From assembly GCA_052161645.1 (NCBI GenBank), contig CP197414.1: a DNA stretch of 64,000 bases. One strand, written 5' to 3'. Within the stretch, counting starts at the first letter, position 1, and each line of letters starts with the position of its first letter. The stretch is from Planctomycetaceae bacterium SH139 (GTDB lineage: Bacteria > Planctomycetota > Planctomycetia > Pirellulales > Pirellulaceae). Under the pieces are notes generated by a model that was not told the origin of the DNA, did not search any database, and saw only the letters and a list, made by a program, of their open reading frames with translations. Position numbers and translations under genes: made by a program. Positions 9,546 to 19,989 of this stretch are shown here, piece after piece.

Positions 9546-11846
9546 GTGCTGCGATCTGAGAAAACAATTTTTCTGCAAGCATTGGAACAACTGGGGCCAG
9601 CTGAACGCATCGCTTACCTTGATCAGGCCTGTGGTGACGACGCCACGTTAAGGGCATCTGTCGAGCAGTTACTGGAAGCGAGCGAATTACCCGGTAACCT
9701 GCTGGATCAACCGCCAATCTCGTTGCCCTTTCCTGAGGCAGAACTTTTGTCGGGCAATCAGTTGATTGGCCAAACGATTGGCGTCTATCGACTAATGGAG
9801 CAAATCGGCGAAGGTGGATTCGGGCTTGTCTTCGTCGCTCAACAGGAGCAACCGATCCGTCGCAAAGTAGCGCTCAAGATTGTTAAACCGGGCACGGGAT
9901 CGAGAGAGGTGATCGCTCGATTTGAAGCCGAACGACAGGCTGTCGCGATGATGGATCATCCCAACATCGCTCGCATTTTCGATGCCGGTGTAACTCCCGA
10001 TGGTCGCCCCTATTTTGTGATGGAGCTTGTGCGTGGAACGCCGATCGTGGAATTCGCGGATTGTTGCAGAATGACGATCATTGAACGACTAAAACTGTTC
10101 ATCGATGTTTGCTCAGCTGTCCAGCACGCCCATCAAAAAGGCGTGATTCATCGCGATATCAAGCCTTCCAACGTGATGGTAACCCTGCATGACGAAAAGC
10201 CTATTGTCAAAGTCATTGACTTTGGTATTGCGAAAGCTATTGGCCAGTCGTTGACAGATAAGACTATTTATACTCGCTTTTTCTCAATGATCGGCACTCC
10301 GCTTTACATGAGTCCCGAGCAAGCGGAGATGAACGGACTGGATGTCGACACGCGGAGCGATATCTACTCGTTGGGAGTACTGCTGTATGAACTACTCAGT
10401 GGCACAACGCCCTTCGAACGCGAACGACTTGACTCTGCGGGGCTTGATGAAATGCGGCGGATCATTCGCGAAGAGGAACCGCCACGGCCGAGCAGACGAG
10501 TGACCATGTTTGGCGACAGGCTCACTACCATTTCAGCATACCGACAGGTCAGTAACAGTCAGTTTTCAGCCTCGCTTGACGGCGACCTTGATTGGATCGT
10601 GATGAAGGCGATCGATAAGGACCGCGTCCGCCGATATGACTCGGCTACTGCAATGTCAACTGACGTTTCAAGATTTCTAGAGCAACAGCCGATCGAAGCT
10701 CGCCCACCTAGTATGAGCTATCGCCTGCGAAAATTCGCCAGACGCAATCGAGTGGTTCTTTCCACCGGGGTCGTTGTATTTCTTTCAATGTCTCTGGGGA
10801 CTGTCGTGAGCCTGTGGCAGATGCGACTTGCCATGCAGGAACGCAATGCTAAGGAAATGGCTCTACAGGAAATTGAACAGTTTTCAGCCAACGTGACGAA
10901 AGCACATGCGGCGATTGCTATCGCTGAAACCTATGCCGACTCGCAGCAATGGCAGCAGGCAAGAAATCAGTTTGACACTGCAGTTCAACAGCAACCAAGC
11001 TACTATCTTCCATATGTCAGTCGCGCGCAATTCTTTATTCGCTTGAACCTATGGGAGGAAGCAGCGGACGACTACGCCAAAGCCATCGAATTGGGAGCGG
11101 CGACCGACACGCCGCCATGGTGGGGAACTGCCTCCCTGTTCGCATGGACGGATCACAACGCGGCACTTGCTGGCTTGTCAGCTCCCCTCGAACAGCGGAT
11201 CGCCGCAGGCCAGAGAATCGAAAGCTGGGAGTATTTACGTTTAGGTCTGGCAACTCCTGGCCAGCTAAGTTCTGCATCATATGCAGAACTCGCGAAAACC
11301 GCAGAAGCATGGCTCGGCGACATGCGTCGGCCGGGCTCACGCAGAATGCCCACCCGCAGTCATCAGCCACAGCATCGACGTGCCCCCACCGGAGACGCAG
11401 GCGTCTCACGGCCACCCAGAACAGGACAACGGAACTTGCCTGACCCAGGATTTCTACCAAGACCTGTCTGCGAATACGTCTGCGGCCTCGCGCATCTGAG
11501 GGCTGGCGACTTCCAGCGGGCCATCGAGCGATTGAGAGAATCTGAAAACAACAACTGGCCCGGTGTCGGACTGATCCAAGCACCACTTGCAATCGCTTAC
11601 GCCGCCACAAATCGCCAAGAGGAAGCGTTGCCTGCACTGCAGGAGTCGCATGCGGCTATTATTCGAGCGGCCAGTAATCTGCTAACCGACGATGGGCGTC
11701 GACGAACTCAAACACCGTGGTTTGACTTCATTGAGCAGCTGCAGATTCATCGAGAAGCAACCTTGACAGTGACTGGAGTAATCCCCGGTAATTTCGAGCT
11801 GCTCGAACAACTCCGCCTGCAGGCTCTTGACCAAATTCAGCATTGA
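9546..11846 (+). CDS. Serine/threonine protein kinase with single TM and C-terminal TPR-like extracytoplasmic region. GTG start.
   Basis: Hanks kinase motifs VALKIV, HRDIKPSNVMV, DFGIA, GTPLYMSPE. Hydrophobic segment VVLSTGVVVFLSMSLGTVVSLW. Starts 4 nt after the sigma factor stop. Confidence 0.9.
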   Translation: MLRSEKTIFLQALEQLGPAERIAYLDQACGDDATLRASVEQLLEASELPGNLLDQPPISLPFPEAELLSGNQLIGQTIGVYRLMEQIGEGGFGLVFVAQQEQPIRRKVALKIVKPGTGSREVIARFEAERQAVAMMDHPNIARIFDAGVTPDGRPYFVMELVRGTPIVEFADCCRMTIIERLKLFIDVCSAVQHAHQKGVIHRDIKPSNVMVTLHDEKPIVKVIDFGIAKAIGQSLTDKTIYTRFFSMIGTPLYMSPEQAEMNGLDVDTRSDIYSLGVLLYELLSGTTPFERERLDSAGLDEMRRIIREEEPPRPSRRVTMFGDRLTTISAYRQVSNSQFSASLDGDLDWIVMKAIDKDRVRRYDSATAMSTDVSRFLEQQPIEARPPSMSYRLRKFARRNRVVLSTGVVVFLSMSLGTVVSLWQMRLAMQERNAKEMALQEIEQFSANVTKAHAAIAIAETYADSQQWQQARNQFDTAVQQQPSYYLPYVSRAQFFIRLNLWEEAADDYAKAIELGAATDTPPWWGTASLFAWTDHNAALAGLSAPLEQRIAAGQRIESWEYLRLGLATPGQLSSASYAELAKTAEAWLGDMRRPGSRRMPTRSHQPQHRRAPTGDAGVSRPPRTGQRNLPDPGFLPRPVCEYVCGLAHLRAGDFQRAIERLRESENNNWPGVGLIQAPLAIAYAATNRQEEALPALQESHAAIIRAASNLLTDDGRRRTQTPWFDFIEQLQIHREATLTVTGVIPGNFELLEQLRLQALDQIQH

Positions 11847-11932
11847 CCTCATCTCCGCACATGCGTCGAGACGAATCAAGCTCAAACATATTGAAAAAAC
11901 ATATCGGGAACAGGCCTCGCCACACACATCGC

Positions 11933-11962
11933 GAGGACAGGAGGACAGGAGGACAGGGACAG
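11933..11962. repeat. Short microsatellite-like repeat (gaggacag x3 + ggacagg) in the intergenic region downstream of the kinase gene
   Basis: gaggacaggaggacaggaggacagggacagg is visible, with a further gacagggacagg ~25 bp downstream. Confidence 0.7.
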
Positions 11963-12211
11963 GTTTTGTTGAGGTCGCGGCGAAGACAGGGACAGGTCGC
12001 GGTGATATAGTCTGAACATGGGCGACGGGAGGAATTTTGGGCTGGCGACGGTCCTGCCGTAGGAAAAATTGGGCGAAGGGAGGCAAACTACGCTTGTTTT
12101 TGCCGAATTCTTGTCTTTCGGCGCACACCTTCAGCCCCAACCAACGGCTAAATCTTTTTTTTGGCCGGAGACTCGGTGCCGATCCGCTGTCAACCGCAAT
12201 CGACTCGCGGG

Positions 12212-13321
12212 CTATGTGGGGGCCAGCGGTTCCGTACTCGCTTGATCCTCCCGCGACGGCGTGTTGCGGGCAAGGAACTTCATGCTGGCGATCAAAGCGT
12301 GACCACCCAAGTCAGCGTTGCTCCGCCTACGCAATTCTTTGATCTGCTCCCGCAATCCATCCACATCAATCGGCTGGCCACTCCGCCAACAAACCTCACG
12401 CATCTGCTCCGCAGTTAACGCTGGATGGCTTTGCAAATTGGGTCGCGCCTGGATCGCCAATTGCCACAACAAATTGACGTAAGAAGCGAAAGTCATCGGC
12501 AAACAACCCAGGTCCTCTTCCATCTGCCGGCGACGCTCCTGCACTTCCTCCAGCGTCAGATCGTTAACGACCGCCACCGGTAAACCGTCCGCTTCCCCAA
12601 ACAATTCAATCGGCGAAAGCCAATCCGACGAATCCACCGCGCTCCCATCAAGCGTCTCCAGCCGCTCGCGAATCGAAACCATGGCGTTAGGATCGTCGAG
12701 CGAATCGACGAGGTGGGCTTTCAGCGGATTGAGATCAACGTAAGCCATGCAGGCCAATACGTGCTCTTGCTCTTCGAGCGCATTGAGCTTAAAACGTTCC
12801 TCAAAGAAGTGACCTGTACACTCGTCCTCAATGTTACACTTGCGAGCTACGGTCTGACACATCAGCTTGACGAACCAAGAGATATCGGAAAGCCGCACCC
12901 TGAGTGCTTTTACATACTCGGGCTCGCTGAGGATCGCATCGATTTCACACTCCCGAATTTTCCCGCCATTGTTTCCTCGAGTCGGTTTCCTCGAAGTGAT
13001 CGACAGCCAGCGGATGGCTACTTGGCGATCGGACATCTGCTCGACCAAGTCGGGCCGGTTCCTGATGACGCAGTGCCAATGATTTGGCATGATAGCATAG
13101 GACAGTAAGTCTAGGCAGAATTTTTCAATTAGAAACTTCATCCGCGCACGAAACCATTCTCTGCGGTGTGAGTGGTCGACTCCGGTGAGCGGATCAACGC
13201 CGTGGAGATAGCTTCTGCGAGTGGTACGGTTGAAACAGTGGTAGACGCCGTGCTGAGTGGGATCGTAGACGGCGGAACGGGCACCGCGAGGCATAGCAAA
13301 CCCTCCAGAAAGTGGAAACAA
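12212..13321 (-). CDS. IS200/IS605-like Y1 (HUH) transposase-domain protein, extended 369-aa form (COG1943-like). No companion tnpB.
   Basis: HUH motif AIMPNHWHCVI. N-terminal HGVYHCF. Later GHFFEERFK...MAYVDLNPLKAHLV resembles the Y-containing YIHxNPVRAGLV motif of Y1 transposase relatives. Confidence 0.6.
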   Translation of the reverse strand: MFPLSGGFAMPRGARSAVYDPTQHGVYHCFNRTTRRSYLHGVDPLTGVDHSHRREWFRARMKFLIEKFCLDLLSYAIMPNHWHCVIRNRPDLVEQMSDRQVAIRWLSITSRKPTRGNNGGKIRECEIDAILSEPEYVKALRVRLSDISWFVKLMCQTVARKCNIEDECTGHFFEERFKLNALEEQEHVLACMAYVDLNPLKAHLVDSLDDPNAMVSIRERLETLDGSAVDSSDWLSPIELFGEADGLPVAVVNDLTLEEVQERRRQMEEDLGCLPMTFASYVNLLWQLAIQARPNLQSHPALTAEQMREVCWRSGQPIDVDGLREQIKELRRRSNADLGGHALIASMKFLARNTPSREDQASTEPLAPT

Positions 13322-13475
13322 CTGGAACTGTACGCCCGCATCTTAGCAAATTTCCGCGCATACCCAACCCCCTGCCGGGAGAATTTCAAAAATAACCAAT
13401 GAACACATTGACACAGCTTGATTGACTACAAAATTTACCCTGGTAGTTATCTCGCCGGCATCAGCTCTTAATTAC

Positions 13476-14723
13476 TTAGCACCGCCCCACCACCAGCGAG
13501 GCGTTGTGCCCGCCGAACCCAAAGCTATTGCTGAGCACATGGTCGATCGTCATGGGACGAGCTTCGTTGGGAACGAAATCAAGATCGCAATCGGTATCAG
13601 CCTGATGGTGATTGATCGTTGGCGGGGCAGTTTGATAAAGCATTGCCTGTAAGCATGCAGCCAACTCCACCGCACCGCTCGCTCCCAACAAGTGCCCCAC
13701 TTGACTCTTCGTACTGCTGACAGCGATCGACTTTGCATGGCCGCCAAAAACACGATGAATGGCTGCCACCTCCGCGCGATCACCCAGCGGAGTGCTGGTG
13801 CCGTGCGCATTGATGTATTGAATGTCGCCAACGCTGAGTCCAGCATCTTGAATTGCCATTTCCATCGCGACCGCGGCACCGCCTCCGTCTTCTCGGGGTG
13901 ATGTAATGTGATAACCGTCGCTACTAATGCCACCTCCCATCAAATAGGCCAACGGTGCACGACCGTGAGACTTCGCATGATCGGCTGATTCCAGAATAAA
14001 GGCCGCTGACCCTTCGGCCATCACAAATCCATCCCGTTCCGCGTCCCACGGGCGCGAAGCTGCCGTGGGATCATCGTTGCGGGTCGATAGAGCCTGCATC
14101 CGCGCAAAACCACTGATCGCAATCGGAACGATCGCCGCTTCGGCGCCCCCGGCAATCATTAAGTCGGCTTGACCACTGCGAATCATCCGCAACGCATCGA
14201 CAATCGATTGATTCGCCGAAGCACAAGCGGTTGCGACGCAGGTCGTGGGCCCCTGTAACCCGTACTGGATGGATACCAGACCACTGGCGCTGTTGGCCAG
14301 CAACTTAGGAATTGTGTATGGCGAGACCCGGCGCGGCCCCCCTTCGAGCAGACGACTGTGCTGATCTTCCAACTCTTGCAAACCGCCAATCGCACTGCCC
14401 ATCGCCACCCCGCAGCGAGTGCGGTCAATGGAGGCAAAGTCCAATCCGGCATGCCGGACCGCCTGCTCGCTGGACCACAGCGCAAATTGGCAAAAACGAT
14501 CCAGCCGCTTGCGATCCTTGCTGTCAAACATCTCCCCGCTAATCGCTTCCCAATTCTTCACCTCGCCAGCAAAATGAACTGGCAAGTAATTCGCATCAAA
14601 ACGTTCAATCAGCGATATCCCACTCTCACCCGCAATCAACCGTTGCCAAAAATTTGCCAAGTCACAACCCAGGGGACTGGCCAAACCATAGCCAGTGATT
14701 ACCACATCCCGATTTCCGCTCAT
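13476..14723 (-). CDS. fabF: 3-oxoacyl-[acyl-carrier-protein] synthase II
   Basis: 415 aa. N-terminal VVITGYGLASPLG. Active-site Cys context TTCVATACASA. C-terminal HGTSTPLGD and NSFGFGGHNASL. Confidence 0.9.
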   Translation of the reverse strand: MSGNRDVVITGYGLASPLGCDLANFWQRLIAGESGISLIERFDANYLPVHFAGEVKNWEAISGEMFDSKDRKRLDRFCQFALWSSEQAVRHAGLDFASIDRTRCGVAMGSAIGGLQELEDQHSRLLEGGPRRVSPYTIPKLLANSASGLVSIQYGLQGPTTCVATACASANQSIVDALRMIRSGQADLMIAGGAEAAIVPIAISGFARMQALSTRNDDPTAASRPWDAERDGFVMAEGSAAFILESADHAKSHGRAPLAYLMGGGISSDGYHITSPREDGGGAAVAMEMAIQDAGLSVGDIQYINAHGTSTPLGDRAEVAAIHRVFGGHAKSIAVSSTKSQVGHLLGASGAVELAACLQAMLYQTAPPTINHHQADTDCDLDFVPNEARPMTIDHVLSNSFGFGGHNASLVVGRC

Positions 14724-14844
14724 TGGGGTACCGATCTATCCAAGGTGTTTTGAGGAATCGCTAAAAGGTGCTGTCATAAAAAGACCATTGCGGGCGAGGC
14801 AAACAACCGCTAACTGGCCGCCCCGTCCAGCCGCGCTCTCAATG

Positions 14845-15327
14845 CTAAGGGCTGATTGGCAATTCAAACAGGCCAGCTCGCCAAGCAGCCAAGAATTGTG
14901 GCATGCTGGGAAGCAATCCAGCCTGCTTACTCAACTGCTCCGGCGACAACCAAAACACCTCAGCTACTTCGGCCGGATTGGGGACAGGAACTGCGTCCGC
15001 GGCAATCTCTGCTGTCCACCAGGAGAGCGCCGTTCCCCAACTAGTCACGCTGTCCCAGACCTGCTCCACTGGTCGCACGTCCAGGCTCAACTCTTCATCC
15101 ATTTCCCGAATCAACGCTTCCGCGGAGCTCTCCCCAGCTTCAATGCCCCCGCCAGCGAAGCAGATCAGCCCCGGAGCCGCCACTTGTTGCGATCGGCGGA
15201 TGACGAGAAAGGTGTTATCGCGCAAGATAATAGCCACGACCCCGCGACGCCCACGCGGATTCGGGGCGCCAACGGGGAATGAGATCGCCGGCCTGTGGTC
15301 CTCGTTCGATGTCACGCGATTCCTCAT
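14845..15327 (-). CDS. NUDIX hydrolase
   Basis: Nudix box GGGIEAGESSAEALIREMDEELSL. Confidence 0.8.
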   Translation of the reverse strand: MRNRVTSNEDHRPAISFPVGAPNPRGRRGVVAIILRDNTFLVIRRSQQVAAPGLICFAGGGIEAGESSAEALIREMDEELSLDVRPVEQVWDSVTSWGTALSWWTAEIAADAVPVPNPAEVAEVFWLSPEQLSKQAGLLPSMPQFLAAWRAGLFELPISP

Positions 15328-15386
15328 TAGTTACAGATTATCCCTTCCATCGCCTCGACTCGCAGCCCAGAACAAACGCACCATTC

Positions 15387-16679
15387 ATGCATCACAGCGA
15401 CACGGCAGCCGCCGCGATTATTGCTGCCGACCCCAAAGCGAGATTGGCACTGCAGACGATCGCCCAGTTGAGCGAAGCGGGTTTCATCGGCTACTTGGCT
15501 GGGGGATGCGTTCGCGACGCGCTACTCGACCGCCGCCCCAAAGATTACGACGTGGCTACCAACGCGCGACCCGACCAAATCCAACAGCTATTTGGCCCTC
15601 GACGCACCTTGGCAATCGGCGTTTCCTTTGGAGTGGTCTCTGTTTTACCCGAGCGACGTGGTGAGTTCGACCCGGTAGAAGTGGCCACTTTTCGCAGCGA
15701 CGGTGCCTACACCGATGGCCGTCGCCCTGATGTCGTCCACTTTAGCACTCCAGAACTCGACGCGCACCGCCGAGACTTCACCATTAACGGCATGTTTTTT
15801 GACCCCCTAACCAAACAAGTCATTGATTTTGTCGGCGGTCATGAAGACTTGGCCCAGCGACAATTAAGGGCAATCGGTAATCCCGTCGCGCGGTTTGCTG
15901 AGGACAAACTGCGTCTGCTGCGAGCAGTCCGCTTTGCCACCACCTACAACTTTGCCATCGAACCACTGACCTTCCAAGCTGTTCGCGAACACGCCGCCGA
16001 TGTAACCGTCTGCAGCGGTGAACGGATCGGGGCCGAAATGCGACGCCTGCTAGCTAACAAACATGCCGACCGGGGCGTCGAACTGTTGCTCGAAAGCCAA
16101 CTCGCCGCCGCGATCATGCCCAGCCTGAATACCGCGTTATCCGATCCGCAACGCATGAACTCCCTGCAAGCTCTATTGCGAGAACTGACCGCAGGGGATT
16201 TCCCGGCACGTCTAGCCGGTTTGGCGGGAAGCGCTGGCGAAGCCGCTGCAACCGCTCTCGATGAACTGGCCAGCAACTGGCGATTATCCAATGAAGAATC
16301 CGCCGCCGCACACACCGCGCTCAAATACCTACCCCAGTTGCTTAACGCAGACCTAATAGCTTGGTCAGAATTACAGCCCTTGCTGGTCAGTCGCCACAGC
16401 AGTTGTGCCATTGAACTCACGCGAGCCACAATCGCTTCCACTCACACTGAAACAGCAGCTTGGCAGCGCCTGGCGGCAACTCAACAACTCCCTCCCGACC
16501 AGCTCAATCCGCCACCACTGTTGACCGGCGCCGACCTTATCTCACTCGGCCTACAACCAGGCCCCGAGTTCAAGCGATTACTGGAGCGAGCGCGAGCCGC
16601 ACAACTGGACGGCGAAATTTCTTCGAGCGAAGAAGCACTATCTGCAGTCTCCGAGCAGCGCTGGGTGGACCCCTCGTGA
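15387..16679 (+). CDS. tRNA nucleotidyltransferase (CCA-adding) / poly(A) polymerase family protein. Start moved to MHHSD because the longer ORF overlaps the divergent NUDIX gene.
   Basis: Head-domain motif GYLAGGCVRDALLDRRPKDYDVAT. C-terminal helical HD-less body. Confidence 0.75.
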   Translation: MHHSDTAAAAIIAADPKARLALQTIAQLSEAGFIGYLAGGCVRDALLDRRPKDYDVATNARPDQIQQLFGPRRTLAIGVSFGVVSVLPERRGEFDPVEVATFRSDGAYTDGRRPDVVHFSTPELDAHRRDFTINGMFFDPLTKQVIDFVGGHEDLAQRQLRAIGNPVARFAEDKLRLLRAVRFATTYNFAIEPLTFQAVREHAADVTVCSGERIGAEMRRLLANKHADRGVELLLESQLAAAIMPSLNTALSDPQRMNSLQALLRELTAGDFPARLAGLAGSAGEAAATALDELASNWRLSNEESAAAHTALKYLPQLLNADLIAWSELQPLLVSRHSSCAIELTRATIASTHTETAAWQRLAATQQLPPDQLNPPPLLTGADLISLGLQPGPEFKRLLERARAAQLDGEISSSEEALSAVSEQRWVDPS

Positions 16680-17752
16680 AACCAACCACTGCGAATCTTA
16701 TCACCCAGTCAACTGCATCCCAGCCGGTTGCATCCCAGCACGCTGTACCCCTAGGGCCAGCGGCCGGAGCAGCCTGTGGTTTGACCGCCGCACTCGGATA
16801 CGCCGGCGCTAACGCGGCTCTCCGCGCAGCAACAGAAACCGATGCTATTTTGGTTTCTGCTGTCAAGGCAATTCCCACGATTCTAGCTTGCCTGCCCCTG
16901 CTGCTGTTGCTCCGCTGGCGAGGCCGACCCGTGGCCACGTCGTGGCGAACGCTGCCGCTGCTGCTGGCCGGGGTCACCGTCGGGCAATTATTCGGAAACC
17001 TGCTGTTTCAAGTTTCCCTGGGCATTATCGGACTGGCTTTAGCCGTACCGCTAAACCTCAGCGCCATGATTATTGCCGGGGCAATCTTAGGACGCGTGAT
17101 GCTGGGTGAACCCGTTTCGCGGCGCACAATCGTGGCGATCATCGTGTTGATCGTTGCAGCCAGCGTGCTCTCACTCGGTGGCCAAGCCATCACCATCGAA
17201 GGTGCGATCACCTGGCAGCGAATGGCTTTCGGACTGCTGACTATCATCATTTCGGGTGTCGCATACGCATTTTTCGGAGTAGCCCTCCGGCGCTCGCTGC
17301 GCGAAGGCATGAGCGTGCCGCTGGCAATGTGCATCTCCGGAACAGTCGGCGCCTTATTGCTGGGTCCGATCGCCGTCAATCAAATGGGACTGGAGAAAAT
17401 TGCGGAAACATCAAACAGCCAATGGCTAATGATGTTCATCGCCGGCGGACTTAATATGGCGGCCTTTTTTATGCTCTCTTTCTCCTTGCGCGCCATTCCC
17501 GTGGTGGCGGTCAACTTGCTGAACGCCACCCAAGCCACCCTGGCCGCGTTGATGGGCGTCTTGATGTTTTCCGAACCACTGACCAGACCGTTGCTGATCG
17601 GATCACTGTTGACAGTTGCCGGCTTAGTGGTGCTTGGCTCCGGTGGCCAAAGCCTCTCGCCGCGAAGATTTTTCCGCAGCAAATCCTCATCCGGCAAGCA
17701 GCCCGAAAACAACGCTCAAGCCACATCGCCCAAATCCAGCACCGCACCGTAG
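16676..17752 (+). CDS. EamA/DMT-family transporter. GTG start overlapping the upstream stop (the longer ORF from 16460 overlaps the preceding gene).
   Basis: Ten hydrophobic helices in two repeated halves. Typical DMT motifs (GEPVSRRTIVAIIVLIVA, FSEPLTRPLLIGSLLTVAGLVVL). Confidence 0.65.
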   Translation: MKPTTANLITQSTASQPVASQHAVPLGPAAGAACGLTAALGYAGANAALRAATETDAILVSAVKAIPTILACLPLLLLLRWRGRPVATSWRTLPLLLAGVTVGQLFGNLLFQVSLGIIGLALAVPLNLSAMIIAGAILGRVMLGEPVSRRTIVAIIVLIVAASVLSLGGQAITIEGAITWQRMAFGLLTIIISGVAYAFFGVALRRSLREGMSVPLAMCISGTVGALLLGPIAVNQMGLEKIAETSNSQWLMMFIAGGLNMAAFFMLSFSLRAIPVVAVNLLNATQATLAALMGVLMFSEPLTRPLLIGSLLTVAGLVVLGSGGQSLSPRRFFRSKSSSGKQPENNAQATSPKSSTAP

Positions 17753-19893
17753 CGACGGGCGAGTTGATGTTTCAGTCTCTCATAACCGGGCATCTCCAAC
17801 AAAGGATCTTCCTCGATTAATTCGCGAGCCAACTCGCGGGCTTCGATCAACACATTAAGGTCGCGCAACGGATCGGCGATCAACAACGGTGGCAGACCGC
17901 TCTGCTTAGTACCGAGCAAATCGCCCGGGCCACGCATGCGAAAATCGGCCTCAGCCAACTCAAATCCATCATGCGTTTCCGCCAACACTTGCAACCTCGC
18001 GTTCTCATCCGGCGAACTGGTCCCGTCGGTAAAAACCCCCACATGCCCCACGTGTTTGCCACGGCTGACGCGGCCGCGAAGTTGATGAAGTTGGGCTAAG
18101 CCAAATCGTTCGGCCCCCAAAATCGTCATCACGGTTGCGTTGGGCACATCAATGCCGACTTCGATCACCGTCGTCGAAACCAACATTTGCAGACGCCCCT
18201 CGGCAAACCGCTGCATCACATCGTTTTTCTCCTCCGCAGACATCCTGCCATGGAGTAACCCGACACGATATTTGGCAAACGGTCCCCGCGTGAGCCGCTC
18301 AAAAGTAGCCTCCGCCGATGAGATGTCTTCGCCGCGACCAGCCTGTGCTTCCGCATCTTCAGAGACCAGCGGTGCCACGACGTATGCCTGGCGGCCCTCG
18401 TCCAGTCGCCCAGCCACAAACTGCCACCAACGCTCGCGCCAACCATCCTTGGCCAAATAAGTTTTCACCACCCCGCGCCCGGGAGGCTTTTCTCTCAGCA
18501 CGCTGACTTCAAGATCTCCAAACATGGTCATGGCAACGGTCCGCGGAATCGGCGTAGCCGAAAGAACCAAATAATGCGGATTGATTCCGTCACCGCGCAA
18601 ACGTGCTCGCTGATTAACACCGAACTTGTGTTGTTCGTCGATCACCACTAACCCCAAGTTGGGCAGCTCAATACCATCATATAACAGTGCTTGAGTGCCG
18701 ATCAGCAAATCGATCTCTCCGGCCGCCGCGCGGGCAACTGTTTCCTTTCGCGTTTTCGCTTTGAGTGAACCTGTCAACAAACCAATGCGAACGCGGCTTT
18801 CCGCCAAGGCGGTGGCAAAAGTTCGTTGGTGCTGCCTCGCCAGCACATCGGTCGGAGCCATCAAAACAGCTTGGTGACGATGAGCCACGGCCAACAGCAT
18901 CGCATACTGGGCAATCACCGTTTTTCCACTGCCAACGTCCCCTTGAATCAATCGATTCATGGGAAATTGCCGCGACATATCACGCCCCACTTCGCTGATG
19001 GCGCGTTGTTGATCGGCGGTCAACTGGAAAGGAAAACGACGTTGAATCGCCGCGTTGATCTCCGGCGATGGAACCAGAGCCGGACTCCGCAGATCGGTCG
19101 TCAAACGTCGGCGACGCATCGCCAACGCAAGTTGTTGCAACAACAGTTCTTGAAAGATAAATCGCCGCCGAGCTCGCTCCAAGTCAGTGGCCGAAGCGGG
19201 TCGATGGATGTTCCGCAGAGCTTCACCGATCGATTCCAGCGAAGCGGTTTTACGAATTGCGTCCGGCATGACTTCCTGCACCTGGTCGACCAACTGCTCA
19301 ACGACACTGGCCATAATCCGTCGCATCTCGACCTGCTTGAGCCCTTCGGTCAGCGGGTAAATCGGCAAAATTTGCTCTTCGCCCAATTCCTCGTGACCGT
19401 CCAACAACGTGGTCTGAGGATGGACAAACTCAAACCGAAACCCGTTCATTCGTGGCGTACCACTGACCATCAACCGATCACCGCGGCTGATTTTTTCCAA
19501 GCGATAGGCTTGATTGAAATACAGCAAACGAGCATCCCCCGATTCATCTTCCACCAAAATGCCGGCGATCGATTTGCCAGGACGCGTGACCCGCAGATCA
19601 AGCTCCACGACCGTGCCCACGATCGTCGCTTCCTGACCATCTTGCAAATTAGCGATCAGCGCCGGTGGGGCCGGATACTGATAATCTCGGGGAAACATAA
19701 AAAGCGCGTCTTGACCGTTGCGAATCCCCAATTTCAACAACAACTCAGCCCGCTGCGGCCCCACCCCGCGAAGAAATTGAGCTGGAGTGGAGAGATTACT
19801 GGGATTGGCATTCCCGGGATTACTGGTGGCGTTGCCCGCAGTCGCTGGCGAGGGCGTTTGCGTTTGCCGCGTGGTTGGCCGTGTTGTCGCCAT
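17716..19893 (-). CDS. recG: ATP-dependent DNA helicase RecG. The low-complexity N-terminal 60 aa may not be translated.
   Basis: Wedge domain then SF2 helicase motifs FQLTADQQRAI, QGDVGSGKTVIA, VIDEQHKFG, SATPIPRT, HQLRGRVSRG. Confidence 0.9.
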   Translation of the reverse strand: MATTRPTTRQTQTPSPATAGNATSNPGNANPSNLSTPAQFLRGVGPQRAELLLKLGIRNGQDALFMFPRDYQYPAPPALIANLQDGQEATIVGTVVELDLRVTRPGKSIAGILVEDESGDARLLYFNQAYRLEKISRGDRLMVSGTPRMNGFRFEFVHPQTTLLDGHEELGEEQILPIYPLTEGLKQVEMRRIMASVVEQLVDQVQEVMPDAIRKTASLESIGEALRNIHRPASATDLERARRRFIFQELLLQQLALAMRRRRLTTDLRSPALVPSPEINAAIQRRFPFQLTADQQRAISEVGRDMSRQFPMNRLIQGDVGSGKTVIAQYAMLLAVAHRHQAVLMAPTDVLARQHQRTFATALAESRVRIGLLTGSLKAKTRKETVARAAAGEIDLLIGTQALLYDGIELPNLGLVVIDEQHKFGVNQRARLRGDGINPHYLVLSATPIPRTVAMTMFGDLEVSVLREKPPGRGVVKTYLAKDGWRERWWQFVAGRLDEGRQAYVVAPLVSEDAEAQAGRGEDISSAEATFERLTRGPFAKYRVGLLHGRMSAEEKNDVMQRFAEGRLQMLVSTTVIEVGIDVPNATVMTILGAERFGLAQLHQLRGRVSRGKHVGHVGVFTDGTSSPDENARLQVLAETHDGFELAEADFRMRGPGDLLGTKQSGLPPLLIADPLRDLNVLIEARELARELIEEDPLLEMPGYERLKHQLARRYGAVLDLGDVA

Positions 19894-19989
19894 TGCATGC
19901 TCTCACAAAATCTTTAATGAAAATGAAATCGATCTTGCGTCGCTCGTTCCCTGCTTCCTACCATCCCCACCCGCGGACATTTTCACCCA

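Noticed and set aside
11035-11637. 200-aa minus-strand ORF within the Ser/Thr kinase gene
   Set aside because: It is fully contained in the kinase CDS on the opposite strand, and is Arg-rich with no recognisable motif.
14695-15664. Plus-strand ORFs 14695..15282 and 14903..15664 overlapping the NUDIX gene
   Set aside because: The NUDIX box is unambiguous on the minus strand. These overlapping ORFs would also collide with the CCA-enzyme gene. Judged spurious.
18826-19917. 363-aa plus-strand ORF overlapping recG
   Set aside because: Antisense to a strongly supported RecG CDS with all helicase motifs. High-GC genomes generate long antisense ORFs. No motif support.
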